From: Sphingorhabdus sp. EL138
GTDB taxonomy: Bacteria > Pseudomonadota > Alphaproteobacteria > Sphingomonadales > Sphingomonadaceae
Length of the DNA: 64,000 nt
Assembly: GCF_945862485.1 (NCBI RefSeq)
Contig: NZ_CAMAYF010000001.1
Coordinates: 25,401-89,400 of the forward strand
Direction: 5' to 3'
Of this stretch, positions 10,208-19,992 are shown one piece after another. Positions within the stretch are counted from its first letter, which is position 1; every line of letters starts with the position of its first letter. A program made the position numbers and the translations under genes. The notes below the pieces were generated by a model. That model was not told where the DNA came from, did no database searches, and was given only the letters and a program-made list of their open reading frames with translations.

Positions 10208-11055
10208 TGCCTAGCTTCACGCGTTTTGCGTGCGTCGACTGGTCGGGCGCGAAAGGCAGCCTACATCCCGGCATCGCGCTTGCGGTTTGTGCGGCAGGCG
10301 ACGAAGCCCCGCGCCTCATCAACCCGCCCGACAAACTCTGGTCACGCCAAGGCATCGCTGAATGGCTGCTGGCACAGGATGATGATATGCTCATCGGCTT
10401 CGACTTCAGCTTCGCTCCGCCCTTTATCGAACGTCGCAGCTATTTGCCGGGCGATGACGTGCCTGCGTCTGCCAAGGCATTTTGGGCCTATGTCGACCAT
10501 ATCTGCGACGATCCCGATTTGGGCGCGGCATCCTTTTTGGAAAGCCATCACCGCCGTCATTTTTATCTCGGCGCAGCAGATGGCGCAAAATCCGACTATC
10601 TGTTTTGGCGGCAATGTGAATTGCTAAACAAAGGCAGCAGCGGCAAGGCGTCGACCGTCTATGACGCGATTGGCGCGTCGCAAGTCGCCAAGGCCAGTTT
10701 TGCTGGCATGCGGCTGCTGCACCAACTGCGCGATGCGATGGCCATTTGGCCCTTCGATCCGCTTCCGGCGCGGGGCAAGGTAGCATTAGAGATTTACACC
10801 ACCATCGCCGCCCGCGCAGCTGGCGTGGCCAAGGGCCGCAGCAAGGTGCGCGATGCCATCAGCCTCGATTTGGCGTTGCAAGCGCTTGGATCGAAACCGC
10901 ATTTGCCCTTAAACCGTTACACGGACCATGCGACCGATGCCCTGATAACCGCTGCATGGCTCCGCAATGTTGCCGAAAATCCGCAGCTTTGGGCACCCAA
11001 TGCATTAAATTTTGAAATTGCTGCAACTGAGGGCTGGACCTTTGGCGTGATTTGA
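10207..11055 (+). CDS. hypothetical protein, possibly RNase H-like fold (DUF429-like pattern)
   Basis: The 282-aa ORF starts at the last base of the rarA stop (TAATG). The N-terminal FACVDWSG and C-terminal DHATDALITAAW acidic motifs recall DUF429/RNase H-like proteins, but the family assignment is unverified. Confidence 0.6.
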   Translation: MPSFTRFACVDWSGAKGSLHPGIALAVCAAGDEAPRLINPPDKLWSRQGIAEWLLAQDDDMLIGFDFSFAPPFIERRSYLPGDDVPASAKAFWAYVDHICDDPDLGAASFLESHHRRHFYLGAADGAKSDYLFWRQCELLNKGSSGKASTVYDAIGASQVAKASFAGMRLLHQLRDAMAIWPFDPLPARGKVALEIYTTIAARAAGVAKGRSKVRDAISLDLALQALGSKPHLPLNRYTDHATDALITAAWLRNVAENPQLWAPNALNFEIAATEGWTFGVI

Positions 11056-11075
11056 GGCTATGGGACGCCCCGAGT

Positions 11076-11151
<76 letters not shown>

Positions 11152-11286
11152 TATATTCTCCTAAGAATCTTAGAACTACCATGTATTTTCGTGAGGCTGC
11201 TTTTTTCGAAAACTAAAGCAGTAAAATGGCTCACATTGGCAGCATATTGGCAGCGGTGGGCGCGTCATTGCCCTGCACCTTCGCCC

Positions 11287-12267
11287 TTATTTAGCCAGCG
11301 CAGAGCCTATCAAAATTCTGCTAACCCAGTTCATATTCTGGTCATCACTGGCATAGCCTGCCTGCATGGGCGATATAGCGATGCACGTCAGGTGTAGAAT
11401 GGATTCATCCTGCGATTGGTCCGCGGAGGGCTTGGCCGGATTTTGGCCCAGTGACAGGCCAGGCAGCGCCGGGATATCCATTTTATTCGTCCGCGCGATT
11501 TCTTTCATTTCGGGCGATGCACTGGCAGCCATATTTTCGGAAAAAGTGATCGTGTAGGCGTTATACGTGCCGATTTTCGAAGCACAAAATTTTGTTCCCT
11601 TCGCCTCATTGGGAAAATTGACGTTCAGCGCCAATCCAGAAGGGAGCATCCGCCCGCCTTTTGATGCCGCATCCAAAGCGCGCACCATCTCCGCACTTTT
11701 TTCCGCGATGGCAGGAGATTGGGCATTATCCAAATCAGGGCCTGCGCTATTCTGACCAGCGCTTAAGGCAATTGCCGGCAACCCGCGCAATGCTGCAAAT
11801 TGCGCTGCGCTGATTGTACCGCTGCTGATAGCGATCGCGCCGACATTTTGTCCCTCATTGGGGCCGGAGAGTACGAGATCGGGCGCCTTCACCCAACGTT
11901 TCATCGCAACGATATCCAACCCGTATAATACCGCCATAACTGGCGTTGAATTCACATAATAAAAATCACTGCCCAACCCGTCTCGCGTCATCGAACCAGC
12001 GCCCGATGCGCCTATATTGGCCGCATTGTTGCGGCAGGCGGTCTCCAGCGGAGTGAGCGGGCGCAACCCTAAAGCTGCGCCCATCCCGCTTTGGTTCTGA
12101 CACGGAACCGATACGATCACATCATGGCCATCGGCTTTTAGAGCCTTATACAGCGCGACAACATTGCTGGTCAGACCATCATCATTGGTGATGACAATAT
12201 TGCGGGCTTCCGCAGCAACTGGGGCGGTGAAAGCCAAAAACGCTGCAGCGGCAAAAAGGTGACGCAT
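11287..12267 (-). CDS. secreted 5'/3'-nucleotidase / acid phosphatase, SurE-like
   Basis: Signal peptide MRHLFAAAAFLAFTAPVAA followed by the SurE motif IVITNDDGLTSN. Confidence 0.8.
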   Translation of the reverse strand: MRHLFAAAAFLAFTAPVAAEARNIVITNDDGLTSNVVALYKALKADGHDVIVSVPCQNQSGMGAALGLRPLTPLETACRNNAANIGASGAGSMTRDGLGSDFYYVNSTPVMAVLYGLDIVAMKRWVKAPDLVLSGPNEGQNVGAIAISSGTISAAQFAALRGLPAIALSAGQNSAGPDLDNAQSPAIAEKSAEMVRALDAASKGGRMLPSGLALNVNFPNEAKGTKFCASKIGTYNAYTITFSENMAASASPEMKEIARTNKMDIPALPGLSLGQNPAKPSADQSQDESILHLTCIAISPMQAGYASDDQNMNWVSRILIGSALAK

Positions 12268-12325
12268 ATCGATTCCCCTGGGGTTTATAAGTTAGAGCGC
12301 AGACCGAAGGTCATTGCTCTTAACC

Positions 12326-14770
12326 TTACATTTTGATCTTCGCTTCAACGCCAAAGGTTCTGGGTTCATTGAAGAAACCCTGTATGCCAGAGCGCGGCGC
12401 CCCGGCTTTGTAGAACAGATGTTCTTGGTTGAACAGGTTCCGCGCCCAGACCGCGATGGTGAGTTTTGCATCTGACGAACCTATGTCGATGTCGGCAAAA
12501 GCGATGCGACCATTAAAGATAAGCGCTTTTTCGCCCTTTGGCTGCGCGTATCGCACGGCACGGGTGACGGCGTCGAATTCCGTGTCAGTATAGTTGCCGT
12601 AAAAGCCATCATTGAAGTTACCATCAAGATGTGCGCGGATGGTAAAATCTTTTAACGGCAGTTCATAATCGATCGCTGCGCTTGCAGTATTTTCTGGAGT
12701 ATAAACCTGATAAATGGGGACCGGCACCGTGATAAAAACGTTCCCGGGTTGTGGGAACGGATTAAGCGTCGCGGGAATTTTGACGCTGTTATAAGCATAG
12801 CTTGCCGACAGCGTTAGTCCAGTAACAGGGGCCAAGTTGAATTCCGCTTCAAAGCCTTTCAATTTACCCGTGCCCGGGGCATTCACCGTGTCCGAAGTTG
12901 TGCGTGTTGTGGCAACGCGGACGCCGTTGACGATATCTTCATACAGGCCGAAAAAGTCGAGCTGGATGGATTTATAGTCGCCTTGATAGGCAGCGACATT
13001 AAGCCGCGCGCGCCCATCCAGAAATTCCGCTTTGGCACCAATTTCAAACATTGAAACGGTTTCAGGATTAAATGCCGCATAGCTCAGCGAACGCGAGTTT
13101 GCGCCACCCGATTTGTAACCGGTGCTCCATTTGCCATAGATAAGGATATCTTCAGACGCATCGATGGAAAGGTTTACCAGCGGGTCAAAACGTGACCAGG
13201 CGGCGTCCAACGGCACTGGCCGGGTAACATTGACGCCATTGATGGGGATCGTTGGCGTCGTGCCGTTAATGGTGAAAAGCTCACCCACCTTTTCGTCCCG
13301 CGTCCAACGGCCACCAAGGGTCAGGTGCAGTATATCGGCGGCGATGGGCGGCGTGTAAGTGGCCTGACCATAAACGCCCATGCTGGTTGTTTCAACGCGG
13401 CTTGCGCGTTGCACAATCTGCGTCGCATAATCAATTTGACGGACAACGATGGCCGTTCCTGCGGCGTCGGTGAATTGCAAAGTGTTGAACGCTTTTGCGC
13501 TATCCTCTGCATTCTCCCGATAATAAAGCGCGCCAGCCGCAAATTTCAAACGGGCAAAATCGCCAATGACCTGAAATTCCTGGCTGATTTGATCTTGGGC
13601 AAATGGCGCGAGACTGTACCGGCCAAACTGAAACCCGGCGAAACTGGCCGTAGGGTTTGCCGACGTCCGTGGTTGCTGCAGCGACACGATATTGATGGCG
13701 TTGTCATACTGTGACTGCGTCATATCGCGATAAGAGGAGATGGATTTTAAAGTCAGATTGTCGGTCACATCCCAATTCAAACCGACACGAATACCCTTTG
13801 TATCGCCGACGCTTGCCTCTTGCGGCATACCAACCGGGGTGCTCGATGCGCGCCGTGGCTGCACGATTGGCAAGTCAGAAAGGCGATTGGGTAAAATCGC
13901 CGGTGAGGTAGTTGTCGCTGGGGCGCCTACGGGTCCCTCTACCAATTGCAGATAGTTTGTGCTTGTGGCGTCGCGCGCGATATCGAAGGCGTAATTGGCG
14001 GTGAAATTGGTTGATGGCTTCCACTGCACTTCAGCGCGGAAGCCGCGTTTGTCAAAGCTGGCATAATCCAGTGCGCCTGGAAACGGGTTTTTCACAAAGC
14101 CATCACGCTTTGTTAAAATACCATCAAATTTCAGGCTGATATTATTTGTCTCGGGTAGGTCGAGATGTGCTTCGGCTCTGTAGCTGCCGTAATTGCCAAA
14201 GCCTAAAGTGGCATCCAGTCCAAATTCACCGCTCGGCCTTTTGGTGACAATATTGACCGCACCGCCTTCGGTATTGCGTCCAAAAAGGGTGCCTTGAGGT
14301 CCTTTAAGCACTTCGATGTTCTCGACATCGTATAGCGCAGTTCCCAAACCTTGGGCACGCCCCATATAGACACCATCGACATAAACGCCGACGCCTTGGT
14401 CACGCGCTGGCTGGTTGCTGTCTGACAAAACACCCACACCGCGCACGTTGATGATAAGCGCGCCTGGACGCGAAAAGAACGGGGCGACGCGAAGCGAAGG
14501 AATGGCGCCATCACCCAGATCAAGCAGCGATTGTATGTGGCGATTCTCGATACCCTCACTACCCAATACCGAGATAGAAATAGGAACATCCTGCAGATTT
14601 TCAGTTCGTTTTTGCGCCGTCACGACAATTTCGGACAAGCCAGCACTGTCTTCGTCGACAGCTTCTTGCGACATTGCTGGGTTGGCTAAACATACAGCCA
14701 AGATACCTGCGACCGAAGCTATGGCAAACTTGCTGATGCAGCGATGTGGCGTTTTTGAAACTTTAATCAT
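12326..14770 (-). CDS. TonB-dependent receptor
   Basis: Signal peptide, plug domain (EIVVTAQKRTENLQDVP, VLKGPQGTLFGRN) and a beta-barrel ending in a terminal aromatic region. The start is at MIKVSK (M20 of the track ORF), preceded by GGGGA. Confidence 0.9.
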   Translation of the reverse strand: MIKVSKTPHRCISKFAIASVAGILAVCLANPAMSQEAVDEDSAGLSEIVVTAQKRTENLQDVPISISVLGSEGIENRHIQSLLDLGDGAIPSLRVAPFFSRPGALIINVRGVGVLSDSNQPARDQGVGVYVDGVYMGRAQGLGTALYDVENIEVLKGPQGTLFGRNTEGGAVNIVTKRPSGEFGLDATLGFGNYGSYRAEAHLDLPETNNISLKFDGILTKRDGFVKNPFPGALDYASFDKRGFRAEVQWKPSTNFTANYAFDIARDATSTNYLQLVEGPVGAPATTTSPAILPNRLSDLPIVQPRRASSTPVGMPQEASVGDTKGIRVGLNWDVTDNLTLKSISSYRDMTQSQYDNAINIVSLQQPRTSANPTASFAGFQFGRYSLAPFAQDQISQEFQVIGDFARLKFAAGALYYRENAEDSAKAFNTLQFTDAAGTAIVVRQIDYATQIVQRASRVETTSMGVYGQATYTPPIAADILHLTLGGRWTRDEKVGELFTINGTTPTIPINGVNVTRPVPLDAAWSRFDPLVNLSIDASEDILIYGKWSTGYKSGGANSRSLSYAAFNPETVSMFEIGAKAEFLDGRARLNVAAYQGDYKSIQLDFFGLYEDIVNGVRVATTRTTSDTVNAPGTGKLKGFEAEFNLAPVTGLTLSASYAYNSVKIPATLNPFPQPGNVFITVPVPIYQVYTPENTASAAIDYELPLKDFTIRAHLDGNFNDGFYGNYTDTEFDAVTRAVRYAQPKGEKALIFNGRIAFADIDIGSSDAKLTIAVWARNLFNQEHLFYKAGAPRSGIQGFFNEPRTFGVEAKIKM

Positions 14771-14896
14771 TTTTGATTCCCCAATGAAACTGAGCGCTCG
14801 CCTAGTTTGCGGGGAAGACTCAAGCATGATGATAAAATGACTAGTTCTCCACCTCTCGTCATTCGATAGTCACATAAATGCAAAGTTTTACATCCC

Positions 14897-14919
14897 GCAA
14901 ATGATCAGAGATCATCTGC
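14897..14919. promoter_or_regulatory. candidate operator: imperfect palindrome GCAAATGATC-aga-GATCATCTGC
   Basis: Inverted repeat with one mismatch, about 130 bp upstream of the TonB-dependent receptor start at 14770. The ATGATC/GATCAT arms are loosely Fur-box-like. Confidence 0.25.
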
Positions 14920-15040
14920 GCGGCGGATTGCGCATCAAAAGTACAGAAAACTGGACGACATGTGCTGAGCTCAGGTCAGGAACTATAAAATCAGTCGGGC
15001 TTGGTTTATCATTAGCGCGACGAAGGCAGCTAACGCCAAT

Positions 15041-15181
15041 TTATCGTGCCTTGCGGCACCGGTCCGAACAATAAAGAACATTATCCCAATCCTTTGCCCA
15101 TTTCTTGCGCCAAGCGAATGGTTTTGCGCAGGCCGCGCATATTTTCGATGGAAGATCCGACTTCTTGACCATTTTGGGCAT
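15041..15181 (-). CDS. DUF2256 zinc-ribbon small protein (46 aa)
   Basis: Not in the ORF track because it is under 60 aa. My translation of the minus strand is [46 protein letters not shown]. The CxxC...WRKKW..DWD.V.YCS.RC pattern is what I recall for DUF2256. Confidence 0.7.
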   Translation of the reverse strand: MPKMVKKSDLPSKICAACAKPFAWRKKWAKDWDNVLYCSDRCRKAR

Positions 15182-15267
15182 TTTCTATCCAGATCGCTAT
15201 GGAACCGTGAAAAGGTTCGTTACATTTTTATCGCATATGCAACTATATTTTTGGGAATGACACTAAG

Positions 15268-15287
15268 CAATTGCTGCGCAGCAATTG
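15268..15287. promoter_or_regulatory. candidate operator: perfect 20-bp palindrome CAATTGCTGCGCAGCAATTG
   Basis: Perfect inverted repeat about 120 bp upstream of the TonB-dependent receptor start at 15406. Confidence 0.3.
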
Positions 15288-15405
15288 TCGCGTTAATACC
15301 GCAATATGCTTAACAGCGGCTCGGGGGGGTGCTGGGGCAATTTTAAATCTCATCCCCAATAAAACCTAGGTAAACTGGGATAGAATGATCAACAGGAGAG
15401 TGAAT

Positions 15406-17958
15406 ATGAAATTGGGAAATCATCTGCTGAAGGCAGCCATGCTGTCAACGATCAGCATCGCTTCGCTGAGCGTGGGTTCAGCTGCCTTTGCACAAGACAA
15501 TACACCACAAGCCAGCGACGAAGCTGACGAAAATGTCATCATCGTAACCGCAACGAAGCGCGAACAGACACTTGAAGAAGTGCCAGTTGCCGTTTCGGTG
15601 ACCTCGGCTGCTGCAATCGAACGCGCGCAAGTGCGCGACCTTAAGGATATTCAGACACTGGTTCCTTCGCTCCGCGTCAGCCAGCTGCAAAGTTCGGCCA
15701 ACACGAACTTCATCATTCGCGGCTTCGGCAACGGCGCCAACAACCCCGGCATCGAAGGTTCGGTTGGCGTGTTCATCGACGGTGTTTACCGTTCGCGTTC
15801 CGCTGCAGCGATCAGCGACCTACCAAACCTGCAGCGCGTCGAAGTGTTGCGCGGTCCACAATCGACCCTGTTCGGCAAAAACGCCTCGGCTGGCGTTATC
15901 TCGATTGTGACTGCAGCACCAAGCTATGAATTCGGCGGTTCGGCTGAAATAAGTTATGGCAATCGTAACGCAATCGTAGCGAAGGCCGATATTACGGGTC
16001 CAATCTCTGACAATGTCGCGTTCAGCCTTGCTGGCGGCATCAACCAAGCTGATGGTTACGGCACCAACCTGACCGACGGATCGAAAACAAGCGAGCGTAA
16101 CCGCTGGTTTGGCCGTGCACAGTTGTTGATCGAGCCTTCGGACAGCTTCAAGCTGCGCTTGATCGGTGACTATGACAAGATTGACGAAAATTGCTGCTTT
16201 GTTGGCAATATCTTCGACGGCCCAACTGGCAATGCCATTCGCGCCATCGGTGGCCGGGTAAACTCGCGCGGCATTTTCAGCTATACCGAGTATCAGAACT
16301 TCAATTCGGAAAACGACATCACCAATGGTGGTATCTCGATGCAGGCCGATTATGAAATGGGTTCGTTGAGCCTCACTTCGATCACCGCCTATCGTGAATC
16401 GCGCGCAAAAACGAATGCGGACAGTGATTTCACCAGCGCAGATTTGATCGGTGCAAACCGTGGCGATGTCGACATCACCACAAAGACTCAGGAACTGCGT
16501 TTGGCGTCGGATTTTGACGGCCCATTCAACTTCTTGCTGGGTGCCTATTATTTTGACGAAAGCATCAACAACAAACAGGCACTGACGCTCGGTCGTGATT
16601 TCCGCAATTATGCTAACGCCCTCACCGGCGGTGCATATACCGGCAATGAAGCCCTCATCCGCGCATTGGCAGGCATCCCTTCGACCGCAGGTCAATTTGG
16701 CGGCCAAGGCCAGGGACGTTTTGAAGATTGGGATTACACGAACAAAGCCTACTCCGTCTTCGGTACGGCGGACCTTGAACTCACCGACGGCCTCGTTCTG
16801 ACAGGTGGTTTCAACTACACCAAGGACAAGAAGAACATTGCGAGCGACATTCGGATTACGGACGTCTTCTCAAGCATCGATTTGATCCAGGTTGCTGGTG
16901 CCGCCGGCGTTCCTGCGGTTCTTCCGGCCGGTGCAGTGGGCAATACAAGCACATTGTATCCACGCATCACCGCCTGCCCGAACAGAAATGGCGCGCCAAC
17001 TGTCTGTAACCCGTTCCTCGGCCTTCAGGCGCTGCAATTCTTGCCGCCGTTCCTGAACCTTCCAAATGCCGTTGAAGATGGCCGCACCAGCGATGGTAAG
17101 CTGACCTATTCGGCACGTATTGCCTGGGAAGCCACCGACAGCATTAACCTGTACGCCAGCTATGGCACAGGCTTTAAGGCAACGTCGTGGAACATGTCGA
17201 TTGACTCGCGTCCATTCGGTTCGGATTTCGTCGCAGGTTCACCAGCTCAAGGCGCGCCGCTCGCCGCATCGGCCATTCGCACAGCTGGGCTTGCCTCGGC
17301 GAACCTCACCAGCGGAACGCGTTATGCGCTTCCTGAAGAGGCAACGGTCAAGGAGCTTGGTCTGAAAGCAAAATGGGACAGCGTTGCGTTCAACCTGACA
17401 ATTTTTGATCAGTCGATCAAAAACTTCCAGGGCAACAGCTTCATCGGCACAGGCTTCGTTCTGACAAACGCCGGTAAGCAGTCGGTGAAGGGGGTCGAGT
17501 TTGATAGCAGCTTCAATCCTATCGACGCACTGCAATTGCGCGTCGCTACCGTCTATCTCGACTCGAAATATGACAGCTTTGTCAGATCGCAATTTGGTGA
17601 CCTGAGTGGCAAGTCGGTAGGTGGCATACCAAAGTGGTCGACAACCTTGGGTGCAACCTACACCGCAGACTTGAGCGACGGCAAAGCGCTGATCCTGAAT
17701 ACCGACTACCACTTTGAGTCAAAGACGGTCATGAACGATGACCCATCTGCGGCACAGTATACGCGTTCGGTAAAAGATCTCGGTGCAGCGGTAACGTTGC
17801 GTTTGGACAGCGGTCTGCAATTATCGCTTTGGGGTCGCAACTTGACGGATGCGCAATATCTTACCGTCATCTTCCCAAGTGTTGTGCAGTCTGGATCGAT
17901 TTCGGGCTATCCAAACGCACCACGCACTTATGGTGCGTCGGTGAAGTACAAATTCTAA
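15406..17958 (+). CDS. TonB-dependent receptor
   Basis: AGGAGAG Shine-Dalgarno 6 nt upstream. Signal peptide, plug (NVIIVTATKREQTLEEVP, VLRGPQSTLFGKN) and C-terminal YGASVKYKF. Confidence 0.9.
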   Translation: MKLGNHLLKAAMLSTISIASLSVGSAAFAQDNTPQASDEADENVIIVTATKREQTLEEVPVAVSVTSAAAIERAQVRDLKDIQTLVPSLRVSQLQSSANTNFIIRGFGNGANNPGIEGSVGVFIDGVYRSRSAAAISDLPNLQRVEVLRGPQSTLFGKNASAGVISIVTAAPSYEFGGSAEISYGNRNAIVAKADITGPISDNVAFSLAGGINQADGYGTNLTDGSKTSERNRWFGRAQLLIEPSDSFKLRLIGDYDKIDENCCFVGNIFDGPTGNAIRAIGGRVNSRGIFSYTEYQNFNSENDITNGGISMQADYEMGSLSLTSITAYRESRAKTNADSDFTSADLIGANRGDVDITTKTQELRLASDFDGPFNFLLGAYYFDESINNKQALTLGRDFRNYANALTGGAYTGNEALIRALAGIPSTAGQFGGQGQGRFEDWDYTNKAYSVFGTADLELTDGLVLTGGFNYTKDKKNIASDIRITDVFSSIDLIQVAGAAGVPAVLPAGAVGNTSTLYPRITACPNRNGAPTVCNPFLGLQALQFLPPFLNLPNAVEDGRTSDGKLTYSARIAWEATDSINLYASYGTGFKATSWNMSIDSRPFGSDFVAGSPAQGAPLAASAIRTAGLASANLTSGTRYALPEEATVKELGLKAKWDSVAFNLTIFDQSIKNFQGNSFIGTGFVLTNAGKQSVKGVEFDSSFNPIDALQLRVATVYLDSKYDSFVRSQFGDLSGKSVGGIPKWSTTLGATYTADLSDGKALILNTDYHFESKTVMNDDPSAAQYTRSVKDLGAAVTLRLDSGLQLSLWGRNLTDAQYLTVIFPSVVQSGSISGYPNAPRTYGASVKYKF

Positions 17959-17984
17959 TATCCTGAATTCTTCAGGAAAAAAGA

Positions 17985-18019
17985 AGCCGGGGCAGCCATC
18001 GCTGCTCCGGCTTTTTTAT
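17985..18019 (+). terminator. Rho-independent terminator after the TonB-dependent receptor gene
   Basis: AGCCGGGGCAGC-catc-GCTGCTCCGGCT hairpin followed by TTTTTTATT. Confidence 0.7.
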
Positions 18020-18111
18020 TGCGACACCCCAGCGCAGTTGGCTGCACACGCGCAGCAACAGAACAAGGGACGCATGGCCTCTTGTCGCTAAAATCATTAA
18101 CACCGAAAAAA

Positions 18112-18186
18112 TGGTGCCCGAGGGCGGATTTGAACCACCGACACGCGGATTTTCAATCCGCTGCTCTACCCCTGAGCTACTCGGGC
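18112..18186 (-). tRNA. tRNA-Phe (anticodon GAA)
   Basis: The reverse complement folds as acceptor GCCCGAG/CTCGGGC, anticodon loop TTGAAAA, T loop TTCAAAT and an encoded CCA. Confidence 0.95.
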
Positions 18187-18253
18187 TAAGCGGCGAAAAC
18201 CGCGTGGGAGCGCAGCCTATAGAGAGGCGATGCGCCTCTTGGCAAGCGCAAAA

Positions 18254-18445
18254 TCAGTCGCTGCCATCGGAACCGATACTATCTTCATAATCCGCCAGCG
18301 GCCCTGGCACACGATAGCCTTCGTCCAGCCATTTCAACAGGTCGCGATCCTTGCATCCCTGACTGCAAAACGGCTTGGATTCCGCCACTACCGGCTTTCC
18401 GCAGAGCGGGCATAGATTAGCTTTGCGCGACATGGACATGGCCAT
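18254..18445 (-). CDS. yacG: DNA gyrase inhibitor YacG (zinc finger)
   Basis: CPLCGKPV...PFCSQGCKDRDLLKWL zinc-ribbon. The start is ambiguous among the ATGs at 18433, 18439 and 18445, and the gene overlaps the upstream gene's end. Confidence 0.8.
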   Translation of the reverse strand: MAMSMSRKANLCPLCGKPVVAESKPFCSQGCKDRDLLKWLDEGYRVPGPLADYEDSIGSDGSD

Positions 18446-19445
18446 AGCCTGCGGCTTTTTCATCTGCAACCACCACCATATCCGCGCCCGCAAGGCGAAC
18501 AGCCGCCGCGCGCCATGCAGCCCATCCTTCGGACTGAAGTAACGTCGCAACATCAGGCTGCGCTGTCACCGTCCGCGTGCCAAAACCCGTTGACTGGGCC
18601 ACGGCGCGCAACAGCCAATAGGCTTGTGTCTCGTCCGACAGCGCAGCGATACGCGTCCCGAACACATGGTCGAGGACCGACGGCCTTGGCCGGGCACGGA
18701 CGACTTGCATCATGCCATAGCCGTTAATGGCCGTACGTTCGAACGGACGGGCGTCCGCCAAGGACGCGGCATCAAAAGCTTCGGCAATTTGCGTGCGCTG
18801 TGCCTTAGACTCCATCGACACAAAATCGATCAGAACCATCGCGCCAATTTGGTACAGGCGCAGCAGGCGCGCAATTTCGGTCGCTGCGGCCATATTGATG
18901 GCGAACGCATCGCCAATACCGTCAATGTCGAACACCAGCCCTGCTTTGGTGCGCTGAAAGCTTATGCTAACGTCGCCGACAACTGACTGGCCAGCGATGC
19001 CAACGTCAAAGCCATCGGCAATGGACGCGTTGATGGCAGATGGGGCCAAAGACGCCACACGCGCGTCCCACAGTGCATCTTTGCCGATCAAGGGTTTGGG
19101 CGCATTATCCCGCAGCATAATCTCTGGCGGCTTGATACGGCCCGGCTCGGGTATCGCTTCACGCGTCACTTCAAAGGCTATGCGCGCGCCGTCCGGTTGG
19201 GTGATCTTGCTGCGTAACAAAAGCACGCTTCCATCATCGGAAACGATATACGCGCCCGAAGGCGTTTTTCGGTCAATGCGCCCCACGCCACATTCGCCCA
19301 AGGCCCATAAAGCGTCGCGCTGAATGTGGATCTCAACAATGTTTCCGTTTTCGACAAGAGCCGCGCGGCGCTCGCCCGGCGCATCATCGCGCCATATATC
19401 AGTCAAGCGGATAGCCCGACGCGCGCAATAAGGCCCGCGTTTCAT
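18417..19445 (-). CDS. Rne/Rng (RNase E/G) family ribonuclease-like protein
   Basis: The 342-aa ORF sits in the conserved alphaproteobacterial maf-ribonuclease-yacG position. The start may be downstream of 19445, because the ORF overlaps maf by 47 nt. Confidence 0.7.
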   Translation of the reverse strand: MKRGPYCARRAIRLTDIWRDDAPGERRAALVENGNIVEIHIQRDALWALGECGVGRIDRKTPSGAYIVSDDGSVLLLRSKITQPDGARIAFEVTREAIPEPGRIKPPEIMLRDNAPKPLIGKDALWDARVASLAPSAINASIADGFDVGIAGQSVVGDVSISFQRTKAGLVFDIDGIGDAFAINMAAATEIARLLRLYQIGAMVLIDFVSMESKAQRTQIAEAFDAASLADARPFERTAINGYGMMQVVRARPRPSVLDHVFGTRIAALSDETQAYWLLRAVAQSTGFGTRTVTAQPDVATLLQSEGWAAWRAAAVRLAGADMVVVADEKAAGYGHVHVAQS

Positions 19446-19980
19446 ATAGGGGCAGACCGATCACGCCCGAATGACTGCCCGCCATCCAGTCTATCAACGC
19501 CTCTGCCCTGCCCTGAATGGCATAGCCGCCAGCCTTACCCAGCCCTTCGCCGCTATCGATATAGCTTTCGATTTCATCTGCCGACAGACGTTTAAATCGC
19601 ACGATGCTATCGCAAATCCGGCTGCGCATCCGGCCATTTCCGTCAATCACGGCAACGGCGCTGAGCACATGATGACGGCGACCGCTGAGCAGGTTCAGGA
19701 ACCCGCGTTGCATGTCAGCATCGGCAGCTTGCGATAAAATTCTGCGGCCAACGGCAACCGTGGTGTCTCCTGCGACAACAATCTCTCCAGCGTCCCGCGC
19801 AACGGCAACCGCCTTCTCCTCGGCCATACGCAGCGCATACACACGCGGAACCTCGCCCTTGCGGGGTGTCTCGTTTATGTCGGGGGACGCGATACGCGCT
19901 GGCGCCACACCCAACCGCGCCAGTAGGTCACGGCGGCGCGGGCTGGAGGATGCCAATATGAGTATAGGGTTCAGACCCAA
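19399..19980 (-). CDS. maf: Maf-like nucleoside triphosphate pyrophosphatase
   Basis: ILASSSPRRRDLL near the N-terminus and GKAGGYAIQG near the C-terminus. Confidence 0.9.
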   Translation of the reverse strand: MGLNPILILASSSPRRRDLLARLGVAPARIASPDINETPRKGEVPRVYALRMAEEKAVAVARDAGEIVVAGDTTVAVGRRILSQAADADMQRGFLNLLSGRRHHVLSAVAVIDGNGRMRSRICDSIVRFKRLSADEIESYIDSGEGLGKAGGYAIQGRAEALIDWMAGSHSGVIGLPLYETRALLRASGYPLD

Positions 19981-19992
19981 GGTCTGCCGCCC

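Noticed and set aside
11152-11286. Genomic island integration site at the tRNA-Thr 3' end
   Set aside because: There is no integrase, no duplicated tRNA 3' segment downstream and no mobile-element genes before tRNA-Phe. I kept it only as a low-interest note.
17961-17977. Palindrome TCCTGAATTCTTCAGGA resembling the MITE core (CCTGAAC..GTTCAGG)
   Set aside because: It lacks the CGTCA/TGACG termini and the CTTGTTT spacer. It sits directly after the receptor gene's stop codon, next to a canonical terminator, so it is probably unrelated.
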